From an uncultured Candidatus Saccharibacteria bacterium (GTDB taxonomy: Bacteria; Patescibacteriota; Minisyncoccia; JBAYJV01), in contig CAZNYQ010000008.1 of assembly GCA_964577395.1 (NCBI GenBank), positions 57,319 to 121,318 on the forward strand: a stretch of DNA of 64,000 nt. The letters are read 5' to 3'. This document shows positions 51,293 to 60,798 of the stretch, one piece after another. The notes beneath the pieces are model-generated. The model searched no databases. It saw nothing but the letters and a program-made list of their open reading frames with translations, and was not told the DNA's origin. Both the position numbers and the translations under genes were made by a program. Numbering within the stretch: position 1 is the first letter of the stretch; each line of letters begins with the position of its first letter.

Positions 51293-51862
51293 TTAATTGT
51301 TGATTACATCTTGCTTCTTTTCGCCTATTAAATCAACCTTTTCGTTATAATCATTAATCAATTCTTGAATTTTCTCTTTCAAGCGAAATTTTTCATCTTC
51401 TCGTATCTCGCCTTCTTTTTCAAGATTTTGGATTTCATCCCATACTTTCTCGCGCGCATTTCTTAAAGAAACCTTTGCTTCTTCTGTTAGAGAATGCACT
51501 TTCTCTAATAATTTCTCTCTTGTTTCTCCTGTAACTGGCGGTAAGCTAATGTGGATAATTTTACCATCACTTTGCGGTTGCGATCCTAAAGAAGCTTGAC
51601 TTAAAACATCCACAATCGGTTTAACAGCTTTATCGTCCCAAACATCAAGCTGAAGCTCGCGAGGTGCTGGCACACTAATAGATGCGAGAGCTTTTAAGGG
51701 CGTAGCTTGACCATAATAATCAACCTTTAAATCTTCCACTAAGCTAGCACTTGCCCTACCAGTTCTGATTTTAACTAACTGGCTTTTTAAATACTCGATG
51801 ACATCATCAAAATCCTTTTGAAGTTTTTTTAAGTATTTTTCAGGCACGTTAAGGTAACACAA
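51293..51862 (-). CDS. frr: Ribosome recycling factor
   Basis: RRF pattern (VKIRTGRASASLVEDLKVDYYG). Confidence 0.9.
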   Translation of the reverse strand: MCYLNVPEKYLKKLQKDFDDVIEYLKSQLVKIRTGRASASLVEDLKVDYYGQATPLKALASISVPAPRELQLDVWDDKAVKPIVDVLSQASLGSQPQSDGKIIHISLPPVTGETREKLLEKVHSLTEEAKVSLRNAREKVWDEIQNLEKEGEIREDEKFRLKEKIQELINDYNEKVDLIGEKKQDVINN

Positions 51863-51875
51863 ATAAATAAATTAA

Positions 51876-52580
51876 TTAATCCATTTTAACAAATAATCTT
51901 TCAAGAGCCAAGCGCGGATTAGCATAAGTCTTTTCTAAAATTGTTTTAGTTCTCTGAATGTCAGTTATCAAAGCAGTGTATTTTAATATATCACTTTGAA
52001 GAAAAATTATCCAATCATTAAGAAAATTAATAATTTTATGACGTTTTTCTTTACTTAATTTTTCTGCTAATAAAAACCTATCATTTAAATCATTCTTTAA
52101 AATCTTTTTATACATAAGCTGTTTTTCTTTATTCAATGTCTGATTGAATGCTGCAACTTTTAATGTTACGCAACGAGATAAAATAGTCTCTAAAAGATAA
52201 GTTGGTTGTTTGGTAATTAAAAGAAAAATTAAATAGCATGGTGGTTCTTCTATAATTTTCAATAAATGATTAGCTGCTTCTTTATTCAAACTATGAGCAT
52301 TTTTAATTACAATTACTCTTCTTTGAGATAAAACAGGCTTCAGTTTTGCAAAGGCTAAAATTTTATCAGCTTGCGATTTAAGAATATCTCTTTTCTCGTC
52401 CTGTTGGATGATAAGACTCTCGGCTCTTCTAGCCTGATATAAATTATCTTCTATGGGACATCCTAGTAATAAATCTAACAACTGATTGATTTTATGATCG
52501 TTTAATTCTCCAATAATTAAATAACTATTAACTAAATTATGATTTATTAAAGATTTTTCAAAAAATTTTATAACAGGCAT
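51876..52580 (-). CDS. holB: DNA polymerase III delta-prime-like clamp-loader subunit (short)
   Basis: NHLLKIIEEPP (sensor-1/NALLKTLEEPP-like), SRC motif (LSRC) and a degenerate Walker A. Confidence 0.65.
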   Translation of the reverse strand: MPVIKFFEKSLINHNLVNSYLIIGELNDHKINQLLDLLLGCPIEDNLYQARRAESLIIQQDEKRDILKSQADKILAFAKLKPVLSQRRVIVIKNAHSLNKEAANHLLKIIEEPPCYLIFLLITKQPTYLLETILSRCVTLKVAAFNQTLNKEKQLMYKKILKNDLNDRFLLAEKLSKEKRHKIINFLNDWIIFLQSDILKYTALITDIQRTKTILEKTYANPRLALERLFVKMD

Positions 52581-52589
52581 AAATTTATA

Positions 52590-53675
52590 TCAAGTTTTGT
52601 AGATAATATTTCTAATTTCTTTTTTAAAATTATACAACTGAAATTTTTTAACCGTTGCTTGAATATCTTTTTTCTTAAGATTATTAACTGAACATTTATT
52701 AATCTTTGCAATTAATGTTTGCAAATCTTTTACTAAATAACCATTATGACCTTCTTGAATAATTTCTTGAGAACTTCCTTTGTAATAGGCAATAACAGGT
52801 TTTCCTAAATTAAGAGCTTCTAATATACTCAAGCCAAAATCTTCTTCTGCTAAATGAATTAATCCTAAGCTATTGCTAATAAGTTGCCTAATATTAGCAG
52901 AGTTTTTAATAAAACCTATTAAAAATATTTTATGACTAAGATTTTTACGCAGAACATACGAACGAAGATATTTAAGCTCCCTACCTTCACCAGCTATTAC
53001 TAAATTAAGAGGCAATTTCTCAAAAGCACGGATAGCCCAAGTATTTCTTTTATATGAGCTTAAACGGCTCAAAATTAAAAAATATTTACCATATTGAGAG
53101 CTAAGTAAACTCTTTTGGTTAAGTTCTTGTTGAAAAAAACGCGCTTGAGGATAAATTATCTGGGCATCTCTATTATAATATTTTTTAATTCTCTCTTGGC
53201 TATAAATAGAATTAGTTATTAAAAGATCAGGTCTTTGGGCTGCCTCATAATCCCAAATACGATAGAAATGACTATATAAACGTTTTAGGAAACCCATTTT
53301 AAGAGATTGGTAATCTTGCCATGCCCAGCGCGTTGGCGTATGTAAATAAACAATATGTCTTGTTGTTGTAGGAACAATCAGCCCCTTTAAGAAAGCAGCA
53401 CTAGATGAAATCACAACATCATAATCAGAAAAATCTAAAGCTTCAACTGCTGGCGGTATCCAAGGAATAAAATAATGATATCTTTTAAAAAGAACATATT
53501 TTTTTTGAAGATATGAAGCTTTAATAAGGCTATGGGGAAAATATTCCTTAATAAAATTAGGTTCATAAAACAATGTATAAAGAGGCGCGTCAGGAAAAAT
53601 ATTATGTAAGTCAAAAAGAACTTTTTCTGCCCCTCCCCACTTAATTAAAAAATCATGTGCTAAGGCTATTTTCAT
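52590..53675 (-). CDS. Glycosyltransferase family 4
   Basis: GT-B fold. The C-terminal half carries the GT4 E-x7-E-like region (LSILEALNLGKPVIA). Confidence 0.75.
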   Translation of the reverse strand: MKIALAHDFLIKWGGAEKVLFDLHNIFPDAPLYTLFYEPNFIKEYFPHSLIKASYLQKKYVLFKRYHYFIPWIPPAVEALDFSDYDVVISSSAAFLKGLIVPTTTRHIVYLHTPTRWAWQDYQSLKMGFLKRLYSHFYRIWDYEAAQRPDLLITNSIYSQERIKKYYNRDAQIIYPQARFFQQELNQKSLLSSQYGKYFLILSRLSSYKRNTWAIRAFEKLPLNLVIAGEGRELKYLRSYVLRKNLSHKIFLIGFIKNSANIRQLISNSLGLIHLAEEDFGLSILEALNLGKPVIAYYKGSSQEIIQEGHNGYLVKDLQTLIAKINKCSVNNLKKKDIQATVKKFQLYNFKKEIRNIIYKT

Positions 53676-53696
53676 AAAAGGACAGGCATTAAATTA

Positions 53697-54800
53697 TTAA
53701 TTTAGATTTAAAACTTTAAAAGTTTCTTGAGCAGTTGTTAGCCATTTAAAGTTTTGAGCATTTTTTTGACCGTTTTGAGCAATTTTTTCAGTCAGAGCAT
53801 TGTTGCATAATATATTTTTCATTGCTTTGGTAATTTGAATAACTTGATTTGGATTAACTAAGAAAGCGCTCTTTTTGTAAAAGGCATTAGCAATCTCCTG
53901 CAAGCTCGAATTATTGCTAACAATGACAGGTATTCCTAACTGTTGAGCTTCCAAAATTGGCAATCCAAAACCCTCATAAAAAGAAGGAAAAACTAAAGCT
54001 CGTGAATTTTTAATTAAATTCCACTTAATATTTTTTACTACATGTCCTTTAAAATAAATATCTTTTTTAGCGCTAGATTTTAAAACTTGTTTTTTAATAT
54101 CTTGAAAACCGAAACCCGGCTTCCCTGCTAAAATCAACTTCCATTTTTTTGCTTGAATATTTTTCTTTTTAAAAATCTCAAAAGCTCTGATAATCCCTAT
54201 AATGTTCTTTTTTGTTTCAATTCTTCCTAAATAAAGAAAATAATCATAAGCTATTTTTTTAAATTTATAATTTGGCTTCGTTACGCCATGATAAATAACT
54301 TGAATCTTATGAGGATAGCAATGATACAAGCTTATAAGGTCCTTTTTAGTATTGTAACTTGGCGTAATAATTTTCCAAGCTTTCTTAGTTGCATACTTAG
54401 TTGACCATCGTAAGTATTGTCTTGCCAACCAGCCATAATGATGCGGCAAGTGCTCATATTCCAAACCATGAATTGTAACAATAGTCTTTTGAGGGTGAAT
54501 TAAGGGGATGACATGAGCTGGTATAAATAATCGTAAATCTTTTTTTTGTAATTTAAATTTAAGAATTTGGTAACTTAGTCCTATTTGAGTCCATAGAAAA
54601 GGTAATTTAATAAATTTTAAGTTAAAATTTAATGGCAAGTTTAATTTAACCTCTTTTTTATTGGTAAAAATTACAACTGGCTCTTTTTTAATTATTTTTT
54701 TTAAGTGCTGAATTAACTGGAATGTATATTCTTCAACTCCGGTTCTCTTTTTTAAAAAAGCATTTTTACTTACAATTAAAAGCATAAAATTAAAAACCAA
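53697..54800 (-). CDS. Glycosyltransferase family 4
   Basis: GT4 C-terminal motif (FEGFGLPILEAQQLGIPVIVS). Confidence 0.8.
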   Translation of the reverse strand: MVFNFMLLIVSKNAFLKKRTGVEEYTFQLIQHLKKIIKKEPVVIFTNKKEVKLNLPLNFNLKFIKLPFLWTQIGLSYQILKFKLQKKDLRLFIPAHVIPLIHPQKTIVTIHGLEYEHLPHHYGWLARQYLRWSTKYATKKAWKIITPSYNTKKDLISLYHCYPHKIQVIYHGVTKPNYKFKKIAYDYFLYLGRIETKKNIIGIIRAFEIFKKKNIQAKKWKLILAGKPGFGFQDIKKQVLKSSAKKDIYFKGHVVKNIKWNLIKNSRALVFPSFYEGFGLPILEAQQLGIPVIVSNNSSLQEIANAFYKKSAFLVNPNQVIQITKAMKNILCNNALTEKIAQNGQKNAQNFKWLTTAQETFKVLNLN

Positions 54801-55680
54801 CTAATTTAACTTCTAGCTCTAATTTTAGCTGGAATTTTTTAAAAACTGTATCTTGCACTAATTTAATTAAAGCGTAAACATCTTTTGCTTGAGCATTGCC
54901 AAGATTAACAATAAAATTAGCATGTTTTTTTGATATTTGAGCTTTACCAATCTGCCTACCTGCTAAACCTGCCTTCTCAATTAAAAACCCTGCCGGGATA
55001 ATTTGACCTTTTTGTTCTATGCCTTTGAAAACAGATCCGCAGCTAGGATATTTTAAGGGTTGTCTCTTTCTCCGATAAGCAATATTGGCTTTAATCTTTT
55101 TAAGACTTTTATCTTTGTCTGACTGATTATTAAGTTTTTTAAGCTTTAAATTAACGTTCAGAACAGCTAAATTATTCTTTATTTTAATTAAGCTTTTCCT
55201 ATAACCAAATTGCAAATTTTTTTTCTTCATCATGCTAATCTCTAAATTCTCAGTATTAATTGCTTCAACTGTCTCAACTATATCTGCCATACTTTCTCCA
55301 AAAGCACCGGCGTTTCCTCTGATAGCGCCTCCGACAGTTCCCGGTATCCCTGCTGCCCATTCTAATCCTCCTAACCCCTTTTTAAGAAACATTTCTACTA
55401 AATTAGTTAACCTTACTCCACTCCCTACTTCAAGCTTATTTAAATTCAATTTAAGGTCATTCAGCTCTAATCTAATCACTAATCCATTAAATCCTTGGTC
55501 GGAAACTAAAATATTTGTGCCTCCACCTAAAAGAAAAATTGGTATTTGCTTTTCTTGAGCAAAAAACAAAGCTTTTTTAATATCTCTTTTATTTCTTACT
55601 TTACAAAAGTAGCGAGCATCACCACCAATTTTATAATTTGTGTAAGGAGACAAGCAAATTTTTTCTTGAATTTTAAACAT
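54790..55680 (-). CDS. murB: UDP-N-acetylenolpyruvoylglucosamine reductase
   Basis: FAD-binding (KIGGDARYF ... LLGGGTNIL) and the C-terminal MurB domain. Confidence 0.9.
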   Translation of the reverse strand: MFKIQEKICLSPYTNYKIGGDARYFCKVRNKRDIKKALFFAQEKQIPIFLLGGGTNILVSDQGFNGLVIRLELNDLKLNLNKLEVGSGVRLTNLVEMFLKKGLGGLEWAAGIPGTVGGAIRGNAGAFGESMADIVETVEAINTENLEISMMKKKNLQFGYRKSLIKIKNNLAVLNVNLKLKKLNNQSDKDKSLKKIKANIAYRRKRQPLKYPSCGSVFKGIEQKGQIIPAGFLIEKAGLAGRQIGKAQISKKHANFIVNLGNAQAKDVYALIKLVQDTVFKKFQLKLELEVKLVGF

Positions 55681-55851
55681 ATTTGTTTTTCTATCATAAA
55701 TAAATAATCTTTATCTTGCAAGCTCATAAAATTTTATGTCATTTAATTATTTTAATAATTAATTCTAGATATCTTTAACCACTCTTTCATTAATATTATT
55801 TCAAAATATACATAAATGCATAATATTAAATTAAATTTATTTTTAGATGAT

Positions 55852-55888
55852 TAAAAAACTCTCAAATTAATTTTGAGGGTCTTTTTTT
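55852..55888. terminator. Bidirectional hairpin terminator downstream of the 552-aa gene
   Basis: ttaaaaaac-tctcaaa-ttaat-tttgagg-gtcttttttt. Confidence 0.5.
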
Positions 55889-55959
55889 ATGCTCCTAAAA
55901 ATTCTTTATTATTCTATTAAATTATTAGGCATCTCTTTTAAGCTGTTAGTTCATATGAT

Positions 55960-57618
55960 TCATTTATCTATATTTTCTAAAGATACAATATTATTAAAAA
56001 TAGGTTTACCTCGCTCAATGTTTTGTAAAATAGTTTTAACCTCTTCATTATCAGGATTATCTTTTATAAATTTCTTAAACTGAATAAGAGCTTGATCTAT
56101 TTTATTTTTACGAAAATTTAGCTTATTTTTTAATCGCGCAAAATAATATCGAGATTCTTTAAAAATACTTTTTGATATTTTTTGCTTGGCAATAAAAAAT
56201 TTACTATCAATATGAGCTAAGTATTGATTATTAGCATTTTGCCATAAATTTATTGTCTGCTTTATCGTTTGTTGGGCTATAAAAACTTTCTCTTTGAAAA
56301 TATTTTTCAAAGCTATTGTTCTATAAAGCATTGCTTGAGAATATTTTTGTATCGTAGCTAAATTACGAACTAAACTCCTTTGAAAAAACTTCACATCAAA
56401 ATAAATATCTTTAAAAACCTTTTGCAAGCTTAATAAATTAAGATTTACATTGGTATATTGTTTAAAGAATGAACTTGTTAAATATTTTTGAGAGGTTTTA
56501 ATAGCTAATTGTGTCCTGGTTTGAATTTTTAGTATTATTTTTTTTAAAGCAGCTTCTTTTTGAATTCTATTTTTAGTCGCATAATATTGAGAAGTTATCT
56601 CTGCGCTTTTGTGCTCAACAAGATTGAGATAATCCTCAAAACTTGCTAAAAAAGTCCAGTCAAATTCATCTAAAGATTCATAAACTAAACCGCTAACTTT
56701 ATCTAAGGTAATAATGGCTCTATCTTTGATATTAAAATTTATATTTCCTATGTTGCTTGACAACAAATAACTACCTCCGCTTGTTATCACCAGCCCAACT
56801 AAAATTAATAAACAAGCAATACATTGTTTAACAATAAAATAAGGTTTAAATTTTAAGTATGAAGACCTCTTGTTATGATGCCTAAAAGATAAATTGCCTA
56901 TTATCTTGCTTAGATATTTTTTAAAAGTAGTTTTAAACTTTGAAATGATTAAAATTAATTCCTTTTTAAATGTCTTAAAAAAAGAACTCAATGAAGCAAG
57001 AAAAGACCTTTTCTTGGAATTTGATTGTTGAAGTGACGAATAATCTAAAAGATGATTAATTTTTCTTAAATTAATAATAAAACTTTGCAAAAGTTGAGAA
57101 TGAGTAATTCTCTTTTTAAAGCAACAAGAAAAATATTTCATTTCTCCAAACCAGCTCTGGCAGTTTTTTTGAATATCATAAAATATCGTAGAGAGAGCTT
57201 GAAAATTTTTCTTAAAACTTAAAATTAGCTTGCCATTGCTCTTCTTAACCTTTTTAACCAAGATATAAATATCTCGTGATAAAGGGTTGATTTCCTTTTT
57301 GAAAGCTTGGAAAAAATCATATTTTTTATTTTTTGTTTTTTGAGAACGAGAAATTTGTTCTTGAGACAATTTATTTTCATCTTTTTTTGCAAGACTTTTT
57401 TCAATAAATCGCTCTTTTTTAGTTATTTTTTTACGCGCTTTTTGAGAATTTATTAAATAATCTTCTAACCAACTATTTTTTGTAAAATAAAAAGACCCAA
57501 ATTTTTTACCTTTTAGGTCTCCTTTACGAATAAGATATCCTAAATGATCGCGCGTATAACTGTATCGCCGAGCTGCTTCTTTTAAAGATATATAATTCTC
57601 TTTTTTTTCTTTACCCAT
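55960..57618 (-). CDS. Hypothetical protein: N-terminal HTH (excisionase/MerR-like), Lys-rich linker, TM segment, large helical extracytoplasmic region
   Basis: ISLKEAARRYSYTRDHLGYLIRKGDLKGKKFGSFYF is an HTH_17-like fold. One TM (CIACLLILVGLVITSGG) sits near residue 270. Confidence 0.55.
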   Translation of the reverse strand: MGKEKKENYISLKEAARRYSYTRDHLGYLIRKGDLKGKKFGSFYFTKNSWLEDYLINSQKARKKITKKERFIEKSLAKKDENKLSQEQISRSQKTKNKKYDFFQAFKKEINPLSRDIYILVKKVKKSNGKLILSFKKNFQALSTIFYDIQKNCQSWFGEMKYFSCCFKKRITHSQLLQSFIINLRKINHLLDYSSLQQSNSKKRSFLASLSSFFKTFKKELILIISKFKTTFKKYLSKIIGNLSFRHHNKRSSYLKFKPYFIVKQCIACLLILVGLVITSGGSYLLSSNIGNINFNIKDRAIITLDKVSGLVYESLDEFDWTFLASFEDYLNLVEHKSAEITSQYYATKNRIQKEAALKKIILKIQTRTQLAIKTSQKYLTSSFFKQYTNVNLNLLSLQKVFKDIYFDVKFFQRSLVRNLATIQKYSQAMLYRTIALKNIFKEKVFIAQQTIKQTINLWQNANNQYLAHIDSKFFIAKQKISKSIFKESRYYFARLKNKLNFRKNKIDQALIQFKKFIKDNPDNEEVKTILQNIERGKPIFNNIVSLENIDK

Positions 57619-57766
57619 AAGACTATATCGTATCTACGACATTAAAAATTATTCAAGAATATTATATCATTTTGTAAAGAACTTTTCCTGTGGATAACTA
57701 AAACAATTTTTTTAATTTAATTGGTAAAAATTCGAGATTGAATAATGGAAATTTGTTGGTAAAAAT

Positions 57767-59065
57767 TTATTGAAGATATTTGGCCTTGTTAGCTAAGTGA
57801 TCTTGATAAGTAGTAGAAAAGATGGTCGTGCCATTTTTAGTGCTTAAGTAATACCAATAATTAGTTGGTAGAGAATTTAAAGCAGCCTTAAAAGACCAAA
57901 AACCAGGATTATTAATAGGTCCCGGCGGCAATTCTTTGGATTGATAAGTATTATAAGACAAGGTTAACTTTGTATCTTTAAGGGTAACTGGATTATGATT
58001 TTTTTTAGCATTAATTAAATTACAAATTTCAGACGAAGGATTGGTTGATGTCTTTAATATTTCTTCAATTGCTAAAAGTTCTTTAGCATAAATTACTGTC
58101 ATATCAATTTGAAGAGGCATTCCTGAATTGAGTCTCTGTTCTATGATACCTGCTACTATTCTTTTATCATAATAAGTTGGCACTTCTTTCTCTAAAAGCG
58201 ATGCTAAGACCGTTAAAGAAGTTAAATCATAAGAAAAGGCTTCTTCTGGATTGCTTATGCTATCCTGCAGTTTTTGAATAACTTTTTTTTCAAAATTACT
58301 TATCATTTTGGAAACTATTTTATCTATCGGGGTTCCCTTTTTGAATAAATAAGTATCAGGAAAAAGATAACCCTCTAAAGGATAAGACAGTTGACAATTC
58401 TGGAAACCCTTTTTATCCTCTCCAGCTTGTTCTTCTTCTTGCTGGCAAGTAACAAGTTCTAATGTGTCATTGTTATAATTTATATAAATACTATGACTTG
58501 AGCAAAAGTTTATAAAATCTGTGGCGCTAACTAAACCTTTTTTCTCTAATAAACAGGCAATGTGAAAAATATTTGACCCTTCGGGAATCATAACCCTAAC
58601 ATCTTCTGGTATAGTTAACCCATAAGATAATTTCTCGGCAATTTCAATGATATTTAAAGAAGGAGATAGTTTATACTTACCCGCTTTTAATGTTAAGCTG
58701 TTACTAAAGCTTTTGTTAAGAATTTTATAATAAATTAAAAAATAAAAGTCATTGTGAATTAGACCTTGTTTCTCAAGATTTTGGGCAATTAAGCTAACAG
58801 TTTCTCCTTTGTTAACTATAAAAATTTTAGAGTCTGATGTGTTATTAACAGGACTTGTTATTTTATATTGGAGGTATATTTTACCTCCAGCGATTAAAGT
58901 AGCAAAAAATAAAGATATTAAAACAAATATTAGGATAAAATTTAGATGTTTTTTGGGCAATTGAAAATACTTATTTTGTAATTGAAAACGAAAATTTCTA
59001 AATTTTTGTAAAATTTCTATTAACTTACGATTGATATTCATATAATTTCTAATTAATAAAGACAA
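57767..59065 (-). CDS. mltG: Endolytic murein transglycosylase MltG (YceG family)
   Basis: YceG signature region LASLLEKEVPTYYDKRIVAGIIEQRLNSGMPLQIDMTVIYA. The track start at 59065 is a TTG. An in-frame ATG (MNINRK) lies at 59041. Confidence 0.8.
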   Translation of the reverse strand: MSLLIRNYMNINRKLIEILQKFRNFRFQLQNKYFQLPKKHLNFILIFVLISLFFATLIAGGKIYLQYKITSPVNNTSDSKIFIVNKGETVSLIAQNLEKQGLIHNDFYFLIYYKILNKSFSNSLTLKAGKYKLSPSLNIIEIAEKLSYGLTIPEDVRVMIPEGSNIFHIACLLEKKGLVSATDFINFCSSHSIYINYNNDTLELVTCQQEEEQAGEDKKGFQNCQLSYPLEGYLFPDTYLFKKGTPIDKIVSKMISNFEKKVIQKLQDSISNPEEAFSYDLTSLTVLASLLEKEVPTYYDKRIVAGIIEQRLNSGMPLQIDMTVIYAKELLAIEEILKTSTNPSSEICNLINAKKNHNPVTLKDTKLTLSYNTYQSKELPPGPINNPGFWSFKAALNSLPTNYWYYLSTKNGTTIFSTTYQDHLANKAKYLQ

Positions 59066-59130
59066 TTTTAGATCAATTTAGCTCCTCCCCCAAACCTCTC
59101 CCCCAGTTTAAAAGCAGAATATATAAGCCT

Positions 59131-60798
59131 TCAAGAAGAGCTTAACATTTCAATTAAAGTAGCAGAAGACCATAATTGAGCAGGACTCCCTGAAGAATGA
59201 AAATGATTAGCAGAAGAAAGTTCAGAGGAAAATCCCAAAATACCACAAGATAATAAATCTTTTAAGTTAGTTTTTTTAATTTGCAAAATTTTATTATAGT
59301 ATTTTTGTTTATTTAATCTAATCATAGATAGAGCTGCTAAATTATTAATCCATAACCAACTATCACCATTATGATAACTCTGAGGGTTTTCTCCCGTATG
59401 TTTGCTATAATATTGAGGGTTACTTTGAGAAACTGTACTGAATCCTCCCCAATTACACCAAAGATGTTTAATAGCTATATCAAAACAAATTTCCCACTCT
59501 TCTTTTTTTAAAAGATAGGGATATATGTAATAAGCTAAAAAAATATTAGGCCTAATGGTTTTATCTTCTTTTGTATCAGCTAAAAAATTATCTTTCCAGA
59601 AAATTGATTTTGTCATTTTTTTTAACTTATTTTCCTTATTTAAAAAAATATCTTTTTTAGTAATCCTATAAGCAGAATGATAAATTGCAAGCTGAAGACA
59701 ATAATTCTCTAGAGTATCTTGTCTTTTCAGGGTGTCCATCCAACTATCAGATTTTAAATAACTTTTTTCTGCTATGCTAACAATTTTTTCTATATCATCA
59801 TTTTTAAATTTTAATAAGTTCATTTCAAGAAAACGATAAATATACCATAGCAAGCCATCGGCACTTTTAATAACATTTTGAGGAAAGTTATTACTTTTAA
59901 TCTGTTTAAGTCTTGCTTTAGATAACTTAATAGTTTCATGAGGCATTATTCTATAAAGTTCTTTTAAGCTAATTGCCTCATCACGAAGCCAAAATTGAAA
60001 AAACCAAGGTAAACCAGCATATAAACCAAATAACTGTTTATTCTCTACAAAAAAATTTTTTAAACTCAACTGACTAATACAACGAGCATAATTTTCAATA
60101 CTTGAATCATTATTAATCTCATTATTAGAAAATAAAACAGTCTTCTTAGCACTTTTTATATTTTGGAATGCTTCTTTTTCACTAAGCCCTACCCCTAAAA
60201 CTAGTGATTTAGTCTTAATTTTTAAGGCTTGAAAAACATAAAGCTTGTTAGGTGAAGAATTTCTATTTTGATCATATGAATACTTTTTTTCAACCCAATT
60301 TGCTAATTTACTCCAGCCTAAAAGACCTTTTTTCGAAATAGCTACGAAAATATCTTCATGTTTAGGATAACTATATTTAATAAGTAAATAATTAGTTTTA
60401 GAATAAATATTATAAGTTCTATTCCAAGTCGGAAATTGATTAATTGGTCTTATATCTAAAAAAATATGTATATTAGATATACGAGATAGGCTGTATTTAA
60501 AGCAATTCAAATTATTTATACATATATTTTCTTCAAAATCATGTTTTTTAAGTGTAATTTGCTTGCCTGTCGCATATATGTCAACAAAATTAACGTTTTC
60601 ATTATTATAATTTCTTGTAATAGAATCCAGGATTTTAAAAATACGTCCATTTAAATTAATGAACCAACCTTGATAACGACTTTCCTCTTTTTGTTTTTTC
60701 CAAAAATAACCACCTACCTCATCCATTAACATAAAACTTATATGATTATTAGTTCTTTGTTTTAATGTATGTTCACCAATTTTATAATTAACATTCAT
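59131..60798 (-). CDS. (alpha/alpha)6-barrel glycoside hydrolase, glycogen-debranching (GDE_C / amylo-alpha-1,6-glucosidase)-like
   Basis: C-terminal GDSWLW and QLWSSATLIEM-type motifs typical of GDE_C/GH63-like barrels. Family assignment is moderate. Confidence 0.5.
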   Translation of the reverse strand: MNVNYKIGEHTLKQRTNNHISFMLMDEVGGYFWKKQKEESRYQGWFINLNGRIFKILDSITRNYNNENVNFVDIYATGKQITLKKHDFEENICINNLNCFKYSLSRISNIHIFLDIRPINQFPTWNRTYNIYSKTNYLLIKYSYPKHEDIFVAISKKGLLGWSKLANWVEKKYSYDQNRNSSPNKLYVFQALKIKTKSLVLGVGLSEKEAFQNIKSAKKTVLFSNNEINNDSSIENYARCISQLSLKNFFVENKQLFGLYAGLPWFFQFWLRDEAISLKELYRIMPHETIKLSKARLKQIKSNNFPQNVIKSADGLLWYIYRFLEMNLLKFKNDDIEKIVSIAEKSYLKSDSWMDTLKRQDTLENYCLQLAIYHSAYRITKKDIFLNKENKLKKMTKSIFWKDNFLADTKEDKTIRPNIFLAYYIYPYLLKKEEWEICFDIAIKHLWCNWGGFSTVSQSNPQYYSKHTGENPQSYHNGDSWLWINNLAALSMIRLNKQKYYNKILQIKKTNLKDLLSCGILGFSSELSSANHFHSSGSPAQLWSSATLIEMLSSS

